Positions 1 through 5,711 of a stretch of DNA of 7,583 nucleotides are shown piece after piece (positions within the stretch are counted from its first letter, which is position 1; the number at the start of each line of letters is the position of its first letter). The notes under the pieces are model-generated. The model searched no databases, was not told the origin of the DNA, and was given only the letters and a program-made list of their open reading frames with translations. The position numbers were made by a program, and so were the translations under genes. Origin of the DNA: Promethearchaeota archaeon (GTDB lineage Archaea > Asgardarchaeota > Thorarchaeia > Thorarchaeales > Thorarchaeaceae); contig JALVPN010000014.1 of assembly GCA_027031765.1 (NCBI GenBank), positions 1-7,583 of the forward strand. The letters are read 5' to 3'.

Positions 1-93
1 GGGGTGAGGCCTACAGGTTGTGTCCTCCCGCTGGCAGTGCGTGAGATGACTGTTCAGGGGCACATGGTGGATGTGGGGCGTGCGTAGTGCTGT

Positions 94-528
94 TCATACC
101 AGGACCCATGCCAGGAGGAACCAGTAGGCCCCGAGGAGGAGTGCAACAGTCCAGAGGCCGATGGTGGCGAACATGAGCTTTCTGGTCTTGCGGAGCAGGC
201 GGAGGGGGAGTCCCCGGTTCAAGAGGAAGAGCACAACCAGGGAGGTGCCCATGGCGAGCGCAAGTGTGCCCACTGTGTCGTGTGCGAGCTGGTACCAGTT
301 CACGAGGGGGCTGCTGAGGGCGAGCCCTATGCGTTCGAATGCTCTTGGGACCATCCACAGGGACACGATGATGAGGTGGACTGCGATGACTGTGTTCACA
401 GCCCAGTGGTGGGTCTTGAACTCCATCCTCCTGGACCCGAGCAGCCAGCCTGTAAGGAGGACTGCTGCGGTTACCACTTCGCTCACCAGTACGATGAGGG
501 AGAAGGGGACTCCCACGGACTCCTGCAC
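94..528 (-). CDS. Small 4-TM membrane protein, DUF420/cytochrome b561-like (possible heme b binding)
   Basis: 144 aa with four hydrophobic segments. His at H40/H41 (RRMEFKTHHW, start of TM2), H51 and H83 (YQLAHDTVG, TM3). GTG start at 528 with GGAGG 9 nt upstream; TGA stop. The gene is well supported; the family call is by resemblance only. Confidence 0.7.
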   Translation of the reverse strand: MQESVGVPFSLIVLVSEVVTAAVLLTGWLLGSRRMEFKTHHWAVNTVIAVHLIIVSLWMVPRAFERIGLALSSPLVNWYQLAHDTVGTLALAMGTSLVVLFLLNRGLPLRLLRKTRKLMFATIGLWTVALLLGAYWFLLAWVLV

Positions 529-537
529 TGCACTTGG

Positions 538-544
538 CCTCCTC
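538..544 (-). promoter_or_regulatory. Shine-Dalgarno-like site GAGGAGG for the 94..528 gene
   Basis: The minus strand reads TAA-GAGGAGG-CCAAGTGCA-GTG. The motif lies directly after the stop of the upstream gene and 9 nt before the GTG at 528, which suggests co-transcription. Confidence 0.65.
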
Positions 545-1264
545 TTACATCCTGATTGTTGTCACACTGCCCCTGGTGGTGAACGTGCTCTTGTCTGGGG
601 AGGCTGCCCGCTGTCTATGTGCAGCGACGATTGCCGCACCGATCATCCCCCACGGGCAGAACCTTACCTCAAGGTTTCGATATGCCTCCGAGTCATGGAT
701 TTCCGAAAAAGCGCAGCCATTGACCGCGACTGTGACCTCGTCCTGACGGACTTTCACGCGGGAATACGTGACGAACCCGCGCCTCCTCAGGTATTCTGCA
801 AGACCCCTGAGCTTCTGGTCCAGTGGCACATCCGGGTCCAGGAGCTGCTCGGGCAGGTATGCCACAAGGATGTCAGCCATTCGGGTGAACACGTAGTCCT
901 TGATGGCTGCGTCTCCAAGCACCTCGATGAACGCACTCTCGTAGCCGAAGATGGCCGCTCTCAGTTTCCAGACCTCTTCAGTGGTCAGGTCGCGAGTTGT
1001 ACCCTGCCTGTAGGCGTCCTCCACTCTCACCTTGAACTCGTCAATGAACTCCTTCAGCTGCTTGGTCAGGTCAGCCTCACCTGACAGACTTGAGAACACC
1101 TCCGGGAGAAACTCGCGAACATAGTGCACCATCTTTGGCAGCACGTGTCTGTCAAACATGTCGGGCCCGATGAGTTCCTTTCCCACCGACTCGTAGGCCT
1201 CAAGGATACCCATGTAGAGGAAGACTGCTGCGAGTTCTTCTCGGGACACGTCTCCGTGACTCAT
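545..1264 (-). CDS. V4R-like (V4R/MetOD1/Bet3-type fold) protein with a duplicated N-terminal helical module
   Basis: ATG at 1264 (MSHGDV...) is preferred over the GTG at 1285; TAA stop. The C-terminal part (helix, G, beta-hairpin, VNGCAF..IH...FCPWG..GAAIV, terminal strands) matches the layout of V4R-type domains. Cys codons at 713-715 and 656-658, His at 695-697. Confidence 0.65.
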   Translation of the reverse strand: MSHGDVSREELAAVFLYMGILEAYESVGKELIGPDMFDRHVLPKMVHYVREFLPEVFSSLSGEADLTKQLKEFIDEFKVRVEDAYRQGTTRDLTTEEVWKLRAAIFGYESAFIEVLGDAAIKDYVFTRMADILVAYLPEQLLDPDVPLDQKLRGLAEYLRRRGFVTYSRVKVRQDEVTVAVNGCAFSEIHDSEAYRNLEVRFCPWGMIGAAIVAAHRQRAASPDKSTFTTRGSVTTIRM

Positions 1265-1307
1265 AGAGGACGGGACCCCCAGCACAGGAGTGCATCCGTG
1301 CCGCCCC

Positions 1308-1317
1308 TATAATATAT
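1308..1317 (-). promoter_or_regulatory. Candidate archaeal TATA box for the V4R-like gene
   Basis: An AT-only island (minus strand ATATATTATA) in GC-rich DNA, about 45-55 nt upstream of ATG 1264. Confidence 0.45.
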
Positions 1318-1375
1318 TGTGGGTCAGACATATTGTGGGTCAGGTGCATCTGAGATACGGTGCACTGTGGGTCAG
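1314..1375. repeat. Direct repeat ATATTGTGGGTCAG x2 plus a third TGTGGGTCAG core
   Basis: Exact 14-mers at 1314-1327 and 1330-1343. The 10-bp core occurs at 1318, 1334 and 1366 (spacings of 16 and 32). Confidence 0.85.
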
Positions 1376-2412
1376 GTATGTCTCAGGAGTCGCACAACAT
1401 AGCCGCTGTCCTGAGACTCGATGGCGACCTGATGAGGCACCTCACCTGGCACCACCGACACGAAGCTGTCCAGAGACCTCCGCGACAGCGACTTGGCAAG
1501 GTTCTCAAGGTTCTTGATCAGCGTGGACAGGAATACGTTGAGGCGGGTGATGAGCCTCTGCTCCCCCATCGAGAACCTTGGCCCGCTAGCTCCGACAATA
1601 CGGCCCGTGTTGTCTAGGCGCAGCACCCCGATCACCTCGCCGTCCTCTAGGGAGTGCTGCGGGCGCTGGGTTGCTCCCCCTCCACAGAGCCGCCTTGCCG
1701 CCTCAAAGACATCGGCCTGCGGAGTCGTGAGCGGACCAACGCTCACACCCACTACCGGACTGCAGTTCACTACTGCCACGGTGTAGTCCTTTACATTCAT
1801 GACGAAGCTCTCATACTCGTCCAGGATCCCCAGTGTCCTGAGACACCCAAGAAGGGATGCATGGACAAGGGCTGCGTCCCCTACCATATCCTTCTTGAAC
1901 AGTGGCCTGGGCCTTGAGAAGCTTGCAATCAGCTCCCCGTCTGGTACGCGGAACGCAAAACCCACGACCACCTTGCCCTCTTCTGCAATCCGTGCGATCT
2001 CCTCCTTGACCACTGCTTCCGGAGTGAACAGGGCCGCATTTATCCTGTCAATCTGTCTGCTCAGTCCCTCTTTTGACTCAGGGGAGAGCTGCTGGCCCCC
2101 TTTGGGGAACTGGACTCCCCCGACGACTTCCAGTATCCTCGACATCGCCTCACTGGCGTACTCCCTTGGTGCGGAACGCGCGAAGACGCCCACGAGGACC
2201 CGGTCGTCGGTTGGACAGCGAGCGTACAGGAAGTACTCGTTCTCTGTGAAGAACGACTGGAGTGCGTCCGCCCGTGTGTGGATGCTGAAGTCTTGGATTG
2301 CTGACAGCAGCCCGCCTGACAGCACCGCCCTGTCATCGTCCGCCATGGCTCTGTCAGCAGTGTAGTGGAAGAGGAGTATCCCTGAGTCCAGGACAAAAAC
2401 TTCCTTGAGCAT
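1372..2412 (-). CDS. Longin-domain protein with two further roadblock/longin-like domains
   Basis: 346 aa, ATG to TGA. The N-terminus (VFVLDSGILLFHY...D..VLSGGLLSAIQDFS...LQSF..EN..FLY...VLVGVF..helix) fits the Asgard-type longin pattern (beta-beta-alpha-beta-beta-beta-alpha). Two more similar units follow at aa ~131-243 and ~258-346. Confidence 0.7.
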   Translation of the reverse strand: MLKEVFVLDSGILLFHYTADRAMADDDRAVLSGGLLSAIQDFSIHTRADALQSFFTENEYFLYARCPTDDRVLVGVFARSAPREYASEAMSRILEVVGGVQFPKGGQQLSPESKEGLSRQIDRINAALFTPEAVVKEEIARIAEEGKVVVGFAFRVPDGELIASFSRPRPLFKKDMVGDAALVHASLLGCLRTLGILDEYESFVMNVKDYTVAVVNCSPVVGVSVGPLTTPQADVFEAARRLCGGGATQRPQHSLEDGEVIGVLRLDNTGRIVGASGPRFSMGEQRLITRLNVFLSTLIKNLENLAKSLSRRSLDSFVSVVPGEVPHQVAIESQDSGYVVRLLRHT

Positions 2413-2437
2413 CTCGTCAGAGTATCAGGGTCCGTTC

Positions 2438-2444
2438 CTTTAAG
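2438..2444 (-). promoter_or_regulatory. Candidate TATA box (minus strand CTTAAAG) for a leaderless longin-gene transcript
   Basis: TTAAAG lies 26-31 nt upstream of ATG 2412, the usual archaeal leaderless spacing. No SD motif precedes that ATG. Confidence 0.55.
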
Positions 2445-2497
2445 CCTTGTTGTCCTCAACGGGAAGAAAGATTAGGACATGGCACGTTGACGCATGC

Positions 2498-3070
2498 ATG
2501 AGCCCTAGGTCTGCTGAGAGACATTCCGCTCACATAGTGTTCCTGTTCCTGGTTGTTGGACTGGCCCTGTTGCCCCCTGCTGCCCAGGCCCACACCCCCG
2601 AGTCCGTCACATTGGAATACGACTTTGACGACCAAGTACTCACTGTGCACGTCACACATCCGGTCTCTGACCCTACCACTCACTACATAGCGCGCATTGT
2701 GGTCGAGAAGAATGGCCAACAGGTGGCCAGCCGTGACTACACGAGTCAAGAGAGTTCCAGTGGCATGTCAGACACCTTCAACGTCCCAGCTGAGGACAGC
2801 GACGTGCTGAGAGCAACGGCCTTCTGCAGCATATCTGGCCAATCGTCTGCAGAGATAACGGTGCACGCACCAACAAGCACCACTACAACAACTACAGGTA
2901 CCACCACCACCACATCCACCAGCACTACGACCACAACAACAACTATGACGACGACCAACACGACCGTGACCCCCGCTCCCGGCCCCTCCGTGGAGTTGCT
3001 CCTTGTCGGGTCGGCTGCTGTGGCCGTGGTACTCGTCATTGCCGTACTGGTCCTGAGAACACGGCGCTGA
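2498..3070 (+). CDS. Exported, C-terminally membrane-anchored protein with a superoxide reductase/desulfoferrodoxin-like metal-binding pattern and a Thr-rich stalk
   Basis: ATG at 2498 gives a 31-aa signal peptide ending AQA|H. The mature domain reads HTP...THPVSDPTTHYI...ATAFCSISG, followed by a Thr-rich linker, a hydrophobic helix and a basic tail LRTRR; TGA stop. Confidence 0.75.
   Translation: MSPRSAERHSAHIVFLFLVVGLALLPPAAQAHTPESVTLEYDFDDQVLTVHVTHPVSDPTTHYIARIVVEKNGQQVASRDYTSQESSSGMSDTFNVPAEDSDVLRATAFCSISGQSSAEITVHAPTSTTTTTTGTTTTTSTSTTTTTTTMTTTNTTVTPAPGPSVELLLVGSAAVAVVLVIAVLVLRTRR
2873..2971 (+). repeat. Low-complexity Thr/Ser-rich coding linker
   Basis: 33 codons (TSTTTTTTGTTTTTSTSTTTTTTTMTTTNTTVT) using mixed ACA/ACC/ACT/ACG codons, so it is not a pure microsatellite. 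It contains an N-T-T sequon. Confidence 0.9.
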
Positions 3071-3187
3071 ACGGCACTCAGGAGGGTAGACGGAAGCGAC
3101 TGCTTGGGCGTACCGGTCAGGTGTGCGCCGCTGTCTGAGGGGCGACGATACCCGTCACGGTCTGAGGCCACAGCCTGACAGATCTGG

Positions 3188-3215
3188 TGGTCGGATGGTC
3201 GGCTGGTCGGCTGGT
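3188..3215. repeat. 8-bp tandem repeat (TGGTCGGM) x3.5
   Basis: tggtcgga-tggtcggc-tggtcggc-tggt, in the gap between convergent genes. Confidence 0.7.
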
Positions 3216-3245
3216 ACGTTACTCGGAGTGTGGGAGGTGTGGCCC

Positions 3246-5444
3246 TCACCAGCCTGCAGTTGTACCAGCGGCCGGCAGCCAGAGCCTGAACTCTGCGCCT
3301 TGGCTGTAGTCACCTGGCACCCTGTCACGTGCCTCGATGCGTCCGCCGTACTTGTCGACTATCTGTCTTGACTGGTGCAGGCCCAGACCGCCATAACGCC
3401 TGCTCATGAGGAACAGGTCGGCCTTCCGCGCATCTGGTATTCCGGGGCCGTTGTCAGCCACCGACAACACGTAGCCCTTGTCCTCGTACCACACGCGTAC
3501 CCAGACCTTCTTGTCGTCCCGTGGGTTGTGCTCCACTGCGTTCACAAGGATATTGGTCACCAGGAGCTCGAGGTACTCGTCAGCCACGACCGTTGCTGTC
3601 TGTACGTCGAACTCTGTCACGAACTCCACGCCTGTGGTCCTTGATTCGAGCGCGGCCACGCATGAGCGGACGGCATCTAGCAGTGGTCGCTCCTTGAGCT
3701 GCGCAGCTGTCAGGTGCTCGATGTCCTTTGCTTCCTCAATCAGCCTAGCACACCGCTGCACCGACTCCTCGACCACCTTGAACAGGGACTCCTGGAGCGA
3801 CTCGTCGGTGGCGCCCCTCAGGAGCGAGGCACTGATCTGAATGACCTGCAGCTGGTTCCTGATGTCGTGGCCCAGCAGGTCGAGGTAGAGCATTGCCTGG
3901 TCACGGATCCGGTGGGCCCGCATCTCTGCACGCCGCCTCTCCGTGGTGTCGATGAACACCATCTGTACTGCCTGCTGCCCACCATAGTCTGTGGCCGTGG
4001 CGAACGTGTCGACCCACCTGACCGTGCCGGCACTGTGGATGACCCTGTACTCGCCCCTCATGGTGACCCGTTTCCCGGCAAGTGCCCCCAGCACTCCGGA
4101 CCTGATGGCCGCTCTGTCCTCCTCATGGAACAGCGCCCAGACCTCATCCATGGACATCTCCACGAGCTCGTCCCGTGAACGTCCGACAATGTGTGCCAGC
4201 GCCCTGTTGACGTATGCAAAGCCGTGTTCGTCGATGATTGCAAGTCCCTGTAGTGACTTCTCCGCAAGGGCGCGGTACCTCATCTCCGACCTTATAATGG
4301 CCTCCTCAGCCCTCTTCCTTTCTGTGATGTCTATCATTGCCACCTGCAGGGCCCTGCGCCCCTCGTACTCCAGCGTACTGGCAAATGCGTCGACCCACCG
4401 GATCTCACCGTCCTTGCGCACGATCCTGTGCTCCACACGCCCCATCACGGTCTGGTTGTCGAGGGTCTTCTTCTGAGCACGCTCGACTCGCGGGAGGTCG
4501 TCAGGGTGCACCAGGGACCATATTGTGCCGGTGTCGAGTGTCATCAGCTCCTCGACGTCATAGCCTGTTATCTCAGCGAGCGCTCTGTTCGCGAAGACGA
4601 CCCTGCCGTCCTGAATGATTGCAAGCCCCTGCAACGACTCCTCTATGAGGTTCCTGTACTTCTGTTCACTCCTCTTCAGCGCCTCTTGGGCCCTCACCAT
4701 GTTGCTCATGTCCACTACGACACCAGAGAACCCGGTGGGCACGCCGTCCTGGTCGCAGACAACTGCGATGCTCATCTGTGCAGGGAACTCCGTGCCATCA
4801 CGTCGGATGAGCGTCAGCCGTCTGTTCCGTACGACACCCTCTCTGAGGGCCAGCTGCATCATCTCCTGGACAGCTGGTCGGCTCTCGGGGCTCACGAGCT
4901 TGAGGATGTCCTTTCCGACGAGCTCGTCGGACTCCTCTCCGCCGTACTGTACAACCCCTTGTCTGTTCACCATGACGATTGTGCCCTCGACATCCGTCAG
5001 AAAGACGACAAAGGGCGAGGCCTCGATGAGGCGGCTGTAGCGCTCCCTGCTCGCTCTCAGGGCCATCTCGACCTCCCGGTAGTGCGTGATGTCCGTCACA
5101 ACCGCTACTGAGCCGACCTGCTCCCCGTCCTCGAACAGTGGTGTCCCTGATACTTTTGTGTACACAGTATGCCCGTCTCTGGCCACCCAGCACAGGTCGT
5201 ACTCGGTCGTCCTGCCAGCAGCACGCGCACGCAGGTTCTCTACCAGTACTTCCCTGCTGTCCTGACGGAGGAACTCCTTGGCGTCACGCCCTATCATCTC
5301 GTCGGGTGTGTAGCCCAGCATCTCAGCCATCCTGTGGTTGACGTACTCCATCGTCGCGTCGCGAGTGGCAAGCACCAACCCCTCCGTCATTGTTTCGACA
5401 ATGATCCGGTACAGGTCGGGCTCTTGGTCTGGGTCGAGCTTCAT
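3246..5444 (-). CDS. Cytoplasmic sensor histidine kinase, 4 x PAS/PAC + HisKA + HATPase_c
   Basis: ATG at 5444 (MKLDPD...), 732 aa; the longer GTG start at 5615 adds sequence that does not look protein-like. Four PAS units start near 5411, 5039, 4658 and 4277. H-box DLLGHDIRNQL (His codon 3867-3869), N-box NILVNAVEHN, G1 VADNGPGIP, short lid and G2 YGGLGL. No TM segment. Confidence 0.93.
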   Translation of the reverse strand: MKLDPDQEPDLYRIIVETMTEGLVLATRDATMEYVNHRMAEMLGYTPDEMIGRDAKEFLRQDSREVLVENLRARAAGRTTEYDLCWVARDGHTVYTKVSGTPLFEDGEQVGSVAVVTDITHYREVEMALRASRERYSRLIEASPFVVFLTDVEGTIVMVNRQGVVQYGGEESDELVGKDILKLVSPESRPAVQEMMQLALREGVVRNRRLTLIRRDGTEFPAQMSIAVVCDQDGVPTGFSGVVVDMSNMVRAQEALKRSEQKYRNLIEESLQGLAIIQDGRVVFANRALAEITGYDVEELMTLDTGTIWSLVHPDDLPRVERAQKKTLDNQTVMGRVEHRIVRKDGEIRWVDAFASTLEYEGRRALQVAMIDITERKRAEEAIIRSEMRYRALAEKSLQGLAIIDEHGFAYVNRALAHIVGRSRDELVEMSMDEVWALFHEEDRAAIRSGVLGALAGKRVTMRGEYRVIHSAGTVRWVDTFATATDYGGQQAVQMVFIDTTERRRAEMRAHRIRDQAMLYLDLLGHDIRNQLQVIQISASLLRGATDESLQESLFKVVEESVQRCARLIEEAKDIEHLTAAQLKERPLLDAVRSCVAALESRTTGVEFVTEFDVQTATVVADEYLELLVTNILVNAVEHNPRDDKKVWVRVWYEDKGYVLSVADNGPGIPDARKADLFLMSRRYGGLGLHQSRQIVDKYGGRIEARDRVPGDYSQGAEFRLWLPAAGTTAGW

Positions 5445-5493
5445 AATGTGTGCCCTTCTACGCGCATGGTATAGCACTCTTGTGGCCCTGCTG

Positions 5494-5500
5494 ATATTAA
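5494..5500. promoter_or_regulatory. Possible TATA-like element ATATTAA in the kinase/pseudogene divergent gap
   Basis: The most TATA-like AT-rich stretch in the gap, about 50-56 nt upstream of ATG 5444. Confidence 0.3.
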
Positions 5501-5711
5501 CTCTACTGTCCGTTTCCGTGGGCCTGCTGGTCAAAACCGTCCCGGGCAGAACGACACGATCCCCCCAGCTGGAGATGTCGGCCTGCACCCCCACGTGACC
5601 CTCCACAAGACCCACAGTCTACGTCTCGTGCTGCCCCTTCATCAGGCCCGTAGCATCAATACGACTGCAGCCGCTTTCCGATGGCCTGCTGCGTTGCAAG
5701 GTGGGTCTCAC

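Noticed and set aside
11-97. 28-aa ORF whose ATG overlaps the TGA of the membrane gene (ATGA)
   Set aside because: The overlap suggests coupling, but the peptide is short and featureless, with no independent support.
161-1084. 307-aa plus-strand ORF
   Set aside because: It is antisense to two convincing genes, is Ser/Arg/Cys-rich with no motif, and is a typical high-GC shadow ORF.
1314-1375. CRISPR array or transposon ends
   Set aside because: The repeats are only 10-14 bp with 2-22 nt gaps. No cas or transposase gene and no terminal inverted repeats are visible in the window.
2447-2497. TTG start for the exported protein
   Set aside because: It lies directly next to the TATA candidate and would make an overlong signal n-region. 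ATG 2498 gives a normal signal peptide.
3375-5474. Multiple plus-strand ORFs of 67-227 aa opposite the kinase
   Set aside because: They are antisense shadows of a well-supported gene and show no recognisable motifs.
5445-5615. N-terminal extension of the kinase from GTG 5615
   Set aside because: It looks like intergenic sequence, spans a TATA-like tract and has no domain character. ATG 5444 directly precedes PAS1.
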